DNA of 49,728 nt from Salisapilia sapeloensis CBS 127946. Lineage: Eukaryota > Protista > Oomycota. The stretch is from positions 1 through 49,728 of the forward strand of contig JAADVB010000138.1 of the NCBI GenBank assembly GCA_023334545.1, read 5' to 3'. Of the stretch, positions 1 to 12,029 are shown piece by piece. The notes under the pieces were generated by a model, which saw only the letters and a list, made by a program, of their open reading frames with translations, was not told the origin of the DNA and made no database searches. The position numbers and the translations under genes are program-made. Numbering within the stretch: the first letter of the stretch is position 1; the number at the start of each line of letters is the position of its first letter.

Positions 1-839
1 GTGCCGAGGATTAAAGCTAAATCCAAGGTCGTTCAACTCCTTAATATCTTGTTGGAGGAATTACTCGTAGTCCCCTCGGCATCGGACATTTTTCCATGCT
101 ATCCCGAGCTTAAAGTCGTACATGTACTTTGGCCATGGCTCTTCACGAGGGACTTTGAACATCCCAGGGATTTTTGCGTGCCCGTATACTTTCTTATAAA
201 GATAAAGACCTGGCATCACGAGCTTCTTCCAAGTAATCTCCCTTAAGTTCCATGTAAACCCAATTTCATTCAACCGACTGACATGCGTTTTCGACATTTT
301 TCATTGCATCGAATGTCACTAACACGACTGCCGAGTTTGAGGCCCCAACTCGGATGAGGCCATGCTGGGTCTCGGTATGGCACGGTGAACGACTGCGGAA
401 CGAGGCAGTCTCCGTATAGAGTACGATAGGTTTTCAGTGCTGCCAGCTCCACCATTTCAAAGTAGTAGTCTTTCCAGTTAGCAAGTGGGAACCCGATCTT
501 GGCAAGCTTTCGGATGACGAAACGGTCGAGGCTGGGGCCAGAAAAATGGTTCATGGTGTTATATATACAAGCGCCGAGTTTCAAGCCTCTCAATTCCTCC
601 GGCCAAGGTTGATATAGTTAATCATTTTCATTTTCTGTTTTGCCTTTGGATACTTCTGAGAATGATGTGCTTGGAATGACGAACGAGTGTTGAACAGCAA
701 AATGGAATTTGCGCTGGTAGAATTCCTGCATGGCACATACGAGAAGATAATTACGACGTTGACGGGCATTAAGCTTTTCAACTGGTTCCAAGGGCAGTAT
801 TGGGTACGATGAAGTAGAATACTTTGAAGAGAAGCATGC
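1..839 (-). pseudogene. Disrupted helicase-associated (HA, PF03457-like) repeat protein gene; runs off the left window edge
   Basis: Four HA-like repeats on the minus strand: LLVCAMQEFYQRKFHFAVQHSFVIP...PWPEELRGLKLG; ALKTYRTLYGDCLVPQSFTVP..WP..WGLKLGSRVSDIR; LYLYKKVYGHAKIPGMFKVP..EPWP..FKLG; and after the second stop FLQQDIKELNDLGFSF. Lesions: in-frame TAA at 618-620, a 1-nt frameshift at the T5 run 297-301, and in-frame TAA at 61-63. Confidence 0.8.
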
Positions 840-2175
840 CTATGATCGGCTGCTGAGAACTATACATGACGCATTCGCCCGACCACCATCGCCATACTTG
901 CCATCGAAGGCGAATTGTGTGATGGAAAAGTGCATACAGGCGAAAAGATAGCTCCATCGTCTGAAACAGCTGGTGTAGCCGGTAACTTGGGGAAAGTATC
1001 CAAGGTCACATTTTCAAGCATGCCTATCCGGCACTTTAAAGGAAATCACATTACAAAGATTCGCGCTCGTATTGTTGCATCGTTCATATTGCATTTTACC
1101 CGCTTGATCTGCTAATGCGTGTGTATATTTGTGAGTCACTTCCAGGTATGACTTAATTCAATCTCAAGTATATGCAGTAATTGCCAGAGTGATTACATTT
1201 AGATTTTAGCAAGCGCCCTAGATATTGGTAGCTAAGTATATACATCTGCAACTTCGACCCTACTGGCAAGTGACAATCATTCGTTCTCCCATTTAGAGTG
1301 TTTATCTGTTAAGGCCAAATGTCTTGGCAGCTTTGACCACCGCTACTTCTTCTACCTTACAATCGCGCTATTCAAGTCTCAGGAATCGCACCTATCTTCA
1401 CTACATCAGCACCCATATCGTCTTCCATCCCATTGTCATAAAGAGAGTTTGAAAAGCAATCTAAAGTATCGCAAGCTGTTAGTATATGACTATTAGTGCA
1501 GCCAAGAAACTGGTCGTGCTATTCCCATCTCTTGCAAATATGCTTGTCATGAATACAGTCATACAAAAGCTGATGCGGTTATAAATTCATTCCGCATATC
1601 TTGCGCCAGAATTGTGACATCGCATCGAGTTTGCGATCCACGACACGAATCTGGATTCCAACATCTACTCAAGTCAGTACATGCTGATCGCATCGACTTC
1701 TATCAGACCTGGCTTGGACAAAGCACTGCTATGTACGGCACTATCTTATGCGAACATGACAAAATTCGGAAGAGTGCGCGTAATGTAGCCATGCTTTGAA
1801 ACGATGTACGCAGGAATCCTGAAATGAAGGATTCTCTACGTGCTCCTTGTCTCAACAAACTCAATAGCGTCCATTCGCATTCTAGAGGTGCTTTTGAAAT
1901 GTATGCATACATGCTTAAAGTCTATAGAATAGACCGTATTGTGCACAACAGAGGAAAGGCAGAGCAGAAAGCTCTCTATGGTTCCACCGCTAGAAGATCG
2001 TAAAACGATATCACTTTCTACCAACCAAAAGACTTCTATTTGAATTTCTGCCAATTAAAAACTAGTGTATCATCTCAGGATTATCAGAAAGCGCAAATCG
2101 TATGCTGCTCATCTCATTTGCATTCCACGATCTACCTCCTTATCCACACAACGCGATTTCGTATCCAACTAGACA

Positions 2176-4177
2176 ATGGGAGAGAACTTTCGTGACTCGA
2201 GCCCTCTCTTGCGGTATGACTCGAACCCGGAAATCGCGTCGCCTCGACCCCAGAGCAATACACGCCGTCGCCTCAGTCCCTCTATCTTCTACTTTGGCGT
2301 CACAATCGTCCTCCTTGCACTACTTTCGTCATGCCTCTCCATGTATCAGACCCTAAGTCACATGGAAGTTCAATTGTCTCGTTCGCTAGACAACACTCAC
2401 GAGCCTGAGGTGCCTAATGCTTTGAATAATCATCACGTCCGACACCATAAACATCATCCGCATCAGGAGGATTTGTTACCCATGGCCATGCTACCGTCTA
2501 AATATGCCGTCAAGCACGTGACACCTCGACAAGACCAAGCCCACCGAGGAACATGCTGGGACTTTGCTACCATCGGCTTCCTCGAGCAGTCCTACCGAGC
2601 TCATGGCATTGCTCGAGGCTGGCTGGAAGAAGACGAATACGTCTCCTTCTCCGAACAGGTATGCACCACACAATGTACTATCTAAACTCCTTTTCATGGA
2701 TTTTATAGGCTTATGGCGTGGAAGTATTGAAATTGTGTTCTGGTCCGCCGGACTCGCCACAACAAAAGGACTGTCGAGTGGCTGGAGACTACATGTGGGA
2801 CAACTCGACAGAAGGAGGAGAAGTGCCTGAACTGTACTACCTTCGTCATGGGCTGGAAGAGTCTGTTTTCCCCACGGCTGTCTGTAAGTATTACGAAAAC
2901 GATGGAAATGATACGCTATGCCCTGGCATGGAGACACATCGAGAAACCAATCCTCTTCACTTCCGAGTGAACAGCATGGAAACGAGGTATGACGATATGT
3001 CTGCACGTGAACACTTGTTCCGAAAGGGTCAGGCGATGCCTCTGTCTACTCCTGTGGCCATGACCACACACTACTATCCGTGCATCAATGAGTTTGCAGC
3101 CCACCCGTCATGTCAGCCGGAGTCTTGTACGCTATGTCCACCGGATCTGGCTATGACTACTTGTTGCGTCCCTCTTACAGGTGGACGCAACCGTAATATG
3201 GAAGGCGAGTGGTTTAGTCATTATGGCATGTCGATTGAAGGCGGCCACGCCATGGTATGTACTCTACTTGTTTATGCCTCATAAGAAGCTGACACTTGTG
3301 CATAGTTATTGGTCGGATACAATGACGCTTTCCAAACACGCGAAGGCTTTACAGGTGGTTTAATCGTCAAGAACTCGTGGGCGGACGGACCAACTCAGGG
3401 AAGTCACACCTTGGACTATTGGATGCAAGATCTGTCCGACTGGGAAGAACGGACGATCTGCCCAAATAGCCACAAGTACGTATACAAATGATTTAAATGC
3501 TTCTGTCGTGCTCACTTTGCTTCTAGTCCTTTCAACTGGTATCACTGTGGCAATGTTGGCAAGCGACCAAATGAGACGGTGGACTATGACGATCGGGTGG
3601 AGGACTGTCTATCGGATGAAACGATCATGTTCGCCAACGTGAATGTTCAACCACTACAGTTGGAGTGTCATGATCCGGAAAAATGCCGTACCGACGGCGA
3701 TTTCAAGTACTTTGTTCAGAATACGACGGACTGGGGTGACCACATGACCGTCATGTGTGTCTGGGAATACTCTTCTTCTTTACACATCGCGAGAGAAAAG
3801 TGCTTGGAGCCGATGCTGGAACTCGATCTCGCGCGGACTTTACGGTACGACCACTCTTTCGTCTGATAATAAGGATGCGTGATGCTCATGTTCAAGTTTC
3901 TAGACCGGTGGCGGATGAGATTCGGGAGAATGACTCAGATCGTTGCGGCTTCTACTTTATTCCCTACAAAGCAGTGCGTGCGTGGATCATGCAGTTCCAA
4001 GGCTTTTTCGTCAATAGCTTTGACGTCGATTGGCACCCGCAATCGTATGCCGCCAACGCATACGCGTATCCAGACCTGGACTATTCGTTGCTGCTAGCGT
4101 CAACAAAGAAGCAGCACACGTACGACTTTGACGGTCCGTTTCCGAACGCCCATGTCGTACGCGACTTCCATGCTTAA
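2176..4177 (+). CDS. Papain-family (C1A) cysteine protease with N-terminal transmembrane anchor; 5 exons
   Basis: Catalytic motifs QDQAHRGTCW (Gln/Cys), GGHAM|LLVG (His) and IVKNSW (Asn). The frame-restoring GT-AG introns are 2659-2708, 3255-3305, 3476-3526 and 3845-3903. Hydrophobic segment IFYFGVTIVLLALLSSCL lies near the N-terminus. Confidence 0.9.
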
Positions 4178-4393
4178 ATCAAAATCCAAAACCTCTTGCT
4201 CCGTTTTTTTATCCGTCTTGAGCTTCAAGTGAGCGATTGGAGTAAACATAAAATAGTGGACCATGCGGCAGCTGGTGCAACTGGCGACATGATTATGAGA
4301 CGACTTGCAAACCAGAACGCAAGCAGCTCGCCAGTCTCGTGAACAGGGTCCGGCCAGGTTGCAACGCCTCAAGCGGATAACAGTCAAGACGTG

Positions 4394-4930
4394 ATGGAAC
4401 TCTTGTTCGTGTGCACGAGTAATACCTGTCGATCTCCAGTCGCAGAGCTCTTTGCAGTCGATTACTTTCGCCTAAAACTGGATCTTGATCGCGACCAGCA
4501 GGAAGCCAAAGGCATCCGCGTCCGATCTGCAGCGTAAGCTCATGCATCCTATTAAATCTAGATGAAATGCTTGGTAATGTAGGTTGGATGTAGGATCACA
4601 GACGCCTTCGAAAAGCCGGGGTCGCAAGCATCACTGCATGCCATCAGCGTGATGCGACAATATGATCTCGATCTGTCCCATCATCGGTCCCGACTGCTCA
4701 CTTCGGAGATGGTTGCCCAGGCTAATTTTGTCGTCTGCGTCTCGACAGGCTTGATGGATAAAGTAGGTGAGATGTTTCCAGAGCTTCATCAGCGAGACGG
4801 CGTGCTGTGCTCCTTACCACGAGACGTGCCGGATCCATGGCACATGAATTATGATGAGTATCTTCAAAACGCGGTACGGATTGAAACCAACGTCCGAGAC
4901 TTTTTAGACCAGGCCATCACGTGGTCTTAA
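4394..4930 (+). CDS. Low-molecular-weight protein phosphatase (LMW-PTP fold, YwlE/PtpA-like); 2 exons
   Basis: Exon 1 (4394-4533, too short for the ORF track) encodes MELLFVCTSNTCRSPVAE, the CX5R P-loop. Intron 4534-4593 (gtaagc...tag). Exon 2 carries HRSRLLT and the general-acid loop DVPDPW. Confidence 0.9.
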
Positions 4931-5195
4931 TATGTCTATACAAATCAAATCGACTATCCTTTCCACCCGCCCTTCCGTCATTGCTTTTAATTTTCAAGTC
5001 GCTTCCCCTCTATCCACGTTCGTCCAGCTGGAGTCTTCGCTTGAATCTACAATCGAACGACAATGTACCGTTCGCAACACTGGCGCTCCCTCCCGCTTTG
5101 CTTACGAAAGTATCAGATGCTTTAATTTGAATTTGGAGGCCGCCTACGCCCCTGGAGGTGTCGCACAACTCAATTGGGCTGGTTAAGACGAAAGC

Positions 5196-5771
5196 ATGGG
5201 CTTCTTACGTAAAAACAAGAACAACAAATTCACCTTGAGCGGCGAAACGGCGCTCGAGCAGCGCATGGACGGTGCGAGTCTCCTAGACGGCGATGGAGAG
5301 CCCATGAGCTCGACCTTGTACGACCAGAAGCACCCAAATCGGACGTCTCGCCGCGGCTCGGCCGGATCGGAGAACCAACCGAACAACTACCCACAACCGC
5401 CAATGGCAGGAGCATATCCGCCCAAACAGCAAGCGCCCATGCAGCCGCAGCAAGGATTTATGCCGCCGCAGCAACAAGGCTTTGCGCCCCAGCAGCATGG
5501 CTATCCCCCACAACAGCAAGGCTTTGCGTCCCAGCAGCAGAGCTACCCGCACCAGCAAGGCATGCAAATGCCGCAGCAGCAACCAATGCAGTCTGAAGAG
5601 CAGTTCCCTCGACGGTGGGGGGCGTATGGTCAGCAGCAAGCACCACCTCCGATGGAGTACAACGCGAATCAGAGACCTTCCTACCCACCTCCACCGCAGA
5701 CGAATCCGTCTCCGACGAAGAAATCTGGATTTTTGAACCGATTTAGCCGTAAGAAGTCGGCTGCGTATTAG
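5196..5771 (+). CDS. Hypothetical Gln/Pro/Gly-rich low-complexity protein (191 aa)
   Basis: Single ATG-TAG ORF between two confident genes; internal heptad repeats; basic termini. Confidence 0.8.
   Translation: MGFLRKNKNNKFTLSGETALEQRMDGASLLDGDGEPMSSTLYDQKHPNRTSRRGSAGSENQPNNYPQPPMAGAYPPKQQAPMQPQQGFMPPQQQGFAPQQHGYPPQQQGFASQQQSYPHQQGMQMPQQQPMQSEEQFPRRWGAYGQQQAPPPMEYNANQRPSYPPPPQTNPSPTKKSGFLNRFSRKKSAAY
5448..5561 (+). repeat. Coding 21-bp tandem repeat (about 5.5 copies) encoding QQQG[FY]xP-like heptads
   Basis: QQGFMPP QQQGFAP QQHGYPP QQQGFAS QQQSYPH QQG read directly from the sequence. Confidence 0.85.
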
Positions 5772-5849
5772 TTTCGATTGCTTTTTTCTAGTTTCCAACG
5801 TACGAGAAAGAATGAAAGATGATTGTATTCCAACGTGTGTTTTCTATCG

Positions 5850-8446
5850 CTAATGAATGTTTTGGAAGAGGCGCAAGTGGCCGTCGGCACCACCAGATAG
5901 GATCCATGGCTAGTCGTAGACATTAGTATTAATAGCTGATTAAAATAGTCGTAGGGACGTACCAAGTGAGGATGGAAGGATGTGGACATGACACCGAGAC
6001 CACCAGTGACTTCATGTCCTCGAAGGATCTTGAGTGGCACGATCAGTGGGTTTTTCATCAAGTCCCTACACGACGATATGGTAAGATATGCGTTTTGACT
6101 AGATCAATAGAGTACGTACGAGTAGACCATGGAGTGGAAGACGTGGATGGTGCCATCGTCGGAAGCAGATGACATGAGAGGGTACTTGGTATGAAAGTTG
6201 ACCGATCGAAGAGCCCGTTCGTGGTACTTTAACGTCTTGTACGGCGTCGAGGCCAAGTCCAGGTCGAACCAGCATAACCGTCTACACTTCCATCAGTCAC
6301 TTGCATCCACATAACAAGTATAAAGGAACGCACCGGTCGTAACTACCGACGAGGAGATGGTCACCATTCGGATGGACAGCCATGCTCGAGATCCACTTGA
6401 CACCAGACGTCAGCTTTTTCACCTACACGATACACTTATGAGAACCTCTATCACTAATTTTATCAACAGAAGACGTACGAGTGACTGCTTGACGAGGTTG
6501 TAGATGCGCACATGGCGCTGAGTCGCGTGGAAGAAGAACGGCTTGGACGGGTGGAAAGCGACTGCTTGCACCTGTCCAACATTCTTCTTGAACGGATTCT
6601 GCGTCTTCCGTTTCGACAATTGGTGGATGAGAACGGCAGACGTCTGAGCGCTAGGCACGACTGTTGCAATGTAATCTCCCTTGTGATGCCAGCTAAAGTC
6701 CTTCACTTCGCTCGAGTGATGAAGCACGACACGAACACCAGAGCCGACCTTACCGCCCATCCAGTGCCTCGCTTCCGCATGCTTATCCAGCGTCGTGCCG
6801 GTGTAGAACTTCCACGTCACAGGCGCACGCTTCCTCTTATCAGCTTCTGCAATCTCTTCTTCATCTTCTTCAATCTCTACTTCCGGAGCTTCCTGAATAT
6901 CGTTCGATTCGTTCAAGTGCATCGCAATCGGTTCAGAGGCTTCTCCTAGCAAGGCATTCGTAAGCTCCTGTTGATCCGCACTACCGGTGCCAGTCGCAAT
7001 AACCAGCACCTTCTTCCCAGCAGCCACTGCCAGAGCCACGTGGTCTCTATTCGGATTCCACTTGACCTTCACGACGACATCCGAGACGCGGTAGACTTGC
7101 AGGCAACGAGCAGTCTCGGTCTCCCAGATGCGGACCGTGCCGTCGTCTGATCCGGATGCAATATACTGTCCTGTCGGATCAAAGTCGACGCTGCGGACGC
7201 GACCCGTGTGGCCAGTGAACAAGAGTTCGAGCGTATTGGGGAATGGACGCAAGTCTCGAGGCTTCGGCAGTTGTGGCACGAGCGACTCTGGATCGATATT
7301 CAATCGCCTCTTGTTCACACGAGGAGCGAGGTACAGATCGAGACAACGTTCAAAGCGTTCACGAACAAATTCCTTGTATCCAGACACAGCACGTAGTGAC
7401 TCGAACTTTTGTGGAATAAAGTTCGTCTCTCGGTCCTCTGGATCCATCTCTTCCCACGCTTTCTTCTCTTCTTCCGTAAACAAAAACTCTTCCGGCGGGT
7501 TGTACGACTCGATGTGACCAGGTAGTGGCATCTTGGGCGGAGGAATGTGGGCTGGACCCTTGCGGACAGCAGCTTGGTCGTCATCGAACCAGAGTTGGTA
7601 GTTGTCCGGCTTCTTCTTCGCTTCACCTCCATGCGCCTCATCACCGTACTTGATACGGCCTTCACGAAGACCTTGAGCGATCTGCAAGATCTTCATGCGT
7701 TCCCATTTGGATGGGATGAAGCGAGCCTTTGGTTCAATCGGATTACCCAGACCATGGACAAGTTTATCAGACGATGTGGTGTCCACAGCGTCTGGTTCGG
7801 CTTCGAACTCGGGATGTGCAAACGCACCGGCTTGGATACGACGTAGGATCTCCAAGTCACGGTCGGACAGAACGATGTTCCGGTCATTGTAAGCGTCGTA
7901 GACCGTTCGGTCGTAGTTCGGGTCGTCCTTGGCAGCAATGGCATTGTCGATACCGTCGCCAGAGTTGCTCTTCATAATCTTCTTGCCCTCTCGGTCATAC
8001 CCGATGTGGTCATAGTCGTCATACCATCGAAGTGGGACGTTGCCAATCGTGTTCCGGTCTTCTTCATCGTCGGAAGACAAGTCATCGACGTGCAATGCAG
8101 ATGCCTTTTGCAACGAACCATCCTCTCGCATCTGCTTAATCTGTTTTTCACGGTCGACAGTGAACTTGCGAGTCTTTTGCTCCGCTTCCGTCATCTCTTG
8201 CTCATCCTCTTCTTCTAACTCATCATCAGAAGAGTCCTGTTGCTCAAATTCATCCTCATCTTCATCGTCTTCGTCGTCTTCCTCCTCACTGTCGTGGTCA
8301 CTACTCTCCGTATCACTGTTTTCAATGGTCTTGATCTTCTCTTGCACATCCTTTGGCGTTTGCTTCTGCTTCTGCGTCTTCTTAGATGCACTAGTTGGCA
8401 TCGAAGCCTTCAATGGCGCGCCTGCACTCTTCTTACTCTTGCCCAT
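5850..8446 (-). CDS. BOP1: Ribosome biogenesis protein BOP1/Erb1 (PeBoW complex); 5 exons
   Basis: BOP1NT motifs ([52 protein letters not shown]) followed by WD40 repeats. Introns 6423-6478, 6282-6333, 6066-6119 and 5910-5962 restore the C-terminus ...[24 protein letters not shown]. Confidence 0.95.
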
Positions 8447-8794
8447 ACCTTGTCCAAGTACTCGGACGACCGTTTGGATGTCAGCGCCACCAATTTGGTC
8501 GTGGAATCAGATGTGGCATTTCAGAACGAATTAGCATGAACGTATCACTTTAGTAGGTGCTTTTGCTGGTTGTCCTGGAAAATTGACTGTGGAATAGAAG
8601 AGGGCGCCATTCCAAACATCCCCTTCAGGCACTGACCGAGTAAGACGAGTACGTCGACTATACGTCTTGGTGTTTTATCTACGAGAAACTATTGATTACT
8701 CTAGAAGGCAAAAGGTAGATTTGCAGACGAAGACGAATTCGTTTTGTGACAAAAGACAGTCGTTTTATCAATAAGAGCCTTGAAAGATCGAGAG

Positions 8795-11700
8795 ATGGCT
8801 CCACGAGCTTCGTGTGAAGGGTATTTGACGCTACGGACAAGTCCGACGGCACCACCGCCGATGGTGCGTCGATACTGCTTTCTCATCGGCACTGGCTTCT
8901 ACTACTACAGGTATTTCAAGTATCATTGACACTATCCAAAGCAAATAATGAAAATATCTTGGAACTAGTACACAAGATGACGCGTATCACATGATGCGAC
9001 TACGAGGAGAAGTCGATGTCATCGGCGTACAGGAATGGGACGGACGAGCGAATACGCACATTTACCAGAACGGGTTTCTCTTTGCTACTGCACAGAATAA
9101 AGTCTTTTATTGTTATGGCGACACGGCCGTGGACAAAGAAAAGTGGTTGCGAGCGATGCAGACAGCGATTGAAACGACCATGCCACGATTAGACGCTCTT
9201 GGTGCCAATTCCGACCACTCTCTAACCATTGAGGCCATGTCTCCGTCTCCTGTCACTGAGTACACGACCGTCGGAGAAGCGGATGAAACGTGTAAATGCC
9301 CGAATTGCACCGTGGGACTTGATCCACAGGAAACGGTGTATCCTCCCATGGCAAGCCCTGGACCAGCATCCACGACTGCACAAGCTGCTCCACAAGCTCC
9401 TTCTACTGTCCTCTACCGTTGCAACAGTTGCGACGGTCTATTTTGTGCTGCATTCACGACTCACAAGGTACCATTACCTCAGCGGTCCATGTACTATGCG
9501 AAAAAAGTGTGTGATCGATGCTACGACGCTCAGACGTTGGTGAATTATCTCAAGGCAATTGTCGAGAGGCTACGAGCTGGTATCTGCATCTACCCTCGAC
9601 CTTTAAATCCAGACACACCAGTAGATCTGATTAAACCCACGAGACATACACCGGCAGCAGAGATCGCGATTACGATGCTCACAGAAGGCGCGATCACAGC
9701 AGACGAGTGTGAGACGATCTTACGCAAAGATCGACAGTTGCAGGACCACAACAGTGTGGACGAACCGGAAGTGCCGTTGGATATAAAGATATTAGCGTTA
9801 CATCGAGAGTTCCGGTCGAAATCCTTTGGTGTTTATCGTGCTGTGATCCTCTTGCATCGACATTTGGAAAGCGATCCGTTGCTGTTTAAGCCTGTGGTGG
9901 AAAAGCTGCTGCATTTCTCATACTCGCGGATTAATGAAGTCGAACTCTACTGGCCTCAGATCGTCCATGCATACTTGACGACACCAACGTTTGATTTTGA
10001 AAAGATCTTTTGGCTAGATGAACTCATCCTTTCGATCTGTTCGCGATCGATCCATCTAGCACTGCTGTTAAAGTGGCAACTACAAGGTGCATTGGAAGAC
10101 TCGATGGAGCCATACGCTCCGAAGAACATGCAGGACAAGTACGCTCGTGTCATTAGGTTGATGCTAGAGATGGAGTCGCAAGTAGTGGGTGGCGACCGAC
10201 GAGAACTGTTGCAGCGAGACTCGGAGACGAGGTCACCTCGTAGTCGACTTCCGTTGCCGACGGAAGAGCAGATTGGACGTATTGAACGCATGTCACAAGA
10301 AATCGAGGAGTATCGAGTGCAGTCGAAAGTTCGTGAAGAGCGATCGCCGGATAAACTGTCCTCGTCTCGTGATCTGAACAAGACGAATCAACAGCGTTAT
10401 CGAGCGTTTTCCAAGTTCCAACAGCATCTACTCGCGCCAAGAGACGGCTCGGACGTCTTAAATAGTAAAGATGAAGAGGAAGAGAGTGTGGAGAAGCAAG
10501 AGCCGACGCGTATCTTTAGTACATCTACGAGGCGCATGAGTGAAGCGGAGAAAGGTGTCTTGGCACAGCACTTTGCGGATGAATGTGGCTTTGTCGAACA
10601 GATTACGGAGATTGCAGAGCAACTACGCTTCTTGCCTGTAGTTAGCGATCGGAAGAAACTCCTTCCGTCCTATCTAGACAAACTTTCTTTGCCTCCTATG
10701 GCGTATGTCCCATTGGTAAAAGCTACAGATCCGTTTGAACAGATCGTACGTATCCCATCGCAGGAAGGAGCAGCGTTCTCGACTAAGAGTAGAGTGCCTA
10801 TCATGCTCATCTTTGAAGTCATTCGAGGTGGTGTCGAGAGTAAGGAAGAGGAGCTAGGAGCTGGCATCTCTCCAGAATCTGCTGCACCTCTAAGGGAGGA
10901 AGAGGATGATGTGGAGCAGATGATTCGAGATGAAAGTGCGGATGCTTTCCAGGAAGAAGAGACCAAACGAAGAGGAAGTGCGCCTCCGAGTGTCGGCAGT
11001 AAGGATGAAGCGGATGAGAATGAAGGAGACATGTATGACGAAGCTCCGTCGTCATTGGCAAGACGTATGGAGATGGACTTGAACATTTCGAATGGCGAGT
11101 TGACGGAAGAAGCGCAGGACCGAGATCGTATTCGGCGAGAAGATCTTGCGAATGCATTTGGTGAGAGTTGGCAGGCAAAGCGCGAGCGACTGAAGCAGTC
11201 ATCGCCTTACGGTCATGTCGTCGGATGGGACATCGTCTCGATGATGGGCAAGAGTAATGATGACTTACGACAAGAAGTCTTTACCCTCCAACTCGTCCAA
11301 AAGTTCATGCAGATCTTTGCAAAAGCAAGACTACCTCTATGGCTGCGTTTCTATCGTATCATCTCGACAAGTGCATCAACAGGCTTGATTGAAACACTAG
11401 TGGACGCCATGTCGTTAGATGGACTGAAGAAGCGAGATGGGTACGTATCACTACGTCATCACTTTGAACGAGTGTATGGACCTCCTGGATCACCGAGGTT
11501 TGAGGACGCGAAGAAGAACTTTATACAGAGTATGGCAGGGTACTCGCTCGTGTGCTACCTCTTGCAGATCAAGGATCGACACAACGGGAACTTGATGCTG
11601 GATAATGAAGGACACATTATCCACATTGACTATGGGTTCATTCTGGGCATTGCGCCTGGACGAACGGTGACGTTCGAGTCTGCTCCGTTCAAACTGACGA

Positions 11701-12029
11701 CAGAGATGGTGGAGACCATGGGTGGACAGGACTCGGAGGGGTTCCAAGAGTACGTGAACTTGTGTACGCGAGGGTTCTTGGCGTGCCAAAAGCACTGCGA
11801 CGAGATCTGCGATCTTGTCGAAGTGATGGCGAAGCAGTCGCCATATCCGTGCTTCGCTGGGAAGAATATTTCGTACGTCGTGAGTCAACTACGGTCTCGC
11901 TTCCAAGTCGGTCGGTCGCGAGAGAAGACGGTCGGGTATGTCGTGAGCCTCATTCGATGGAGCAATGGGAACCAGAACACGTGGCTGTATGATTACTATC
12001 AACGCATGACGAACGGCATCATGCCGTAA
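8795..12029 (+). CDS. Phosphatidylinositol 4-kinase (type III-like) with N-terminal PH domain and FYVE-like Zn finger; 2 exons
   Basis: Catalytic motifs KSNDDLRQE, LLQIKDRHNGNLM, IHIDYGFILG and FESAPFKLT; helical PIK region (ELYWPQIVHAYL). Exon 1 is 8795-8910 (MAPRASCEGYLTLR, a PH start), intron 8911-8968. Confidence 0.92.

Noticed and set aside
61-1799. Stop-codon reassignment or readthrough as an explanation for in-frame stops
   Set aside because: All three stop codons terminate intact genes in this window, no conserved gene contains an internal stop, and the HA gene also has a frameshift.
8040-8539. Poly-Ser + strand ORFs
   Set aside because: Reverse complement of the acidic (Asp/Glu) N-terminal tract of BOP1.
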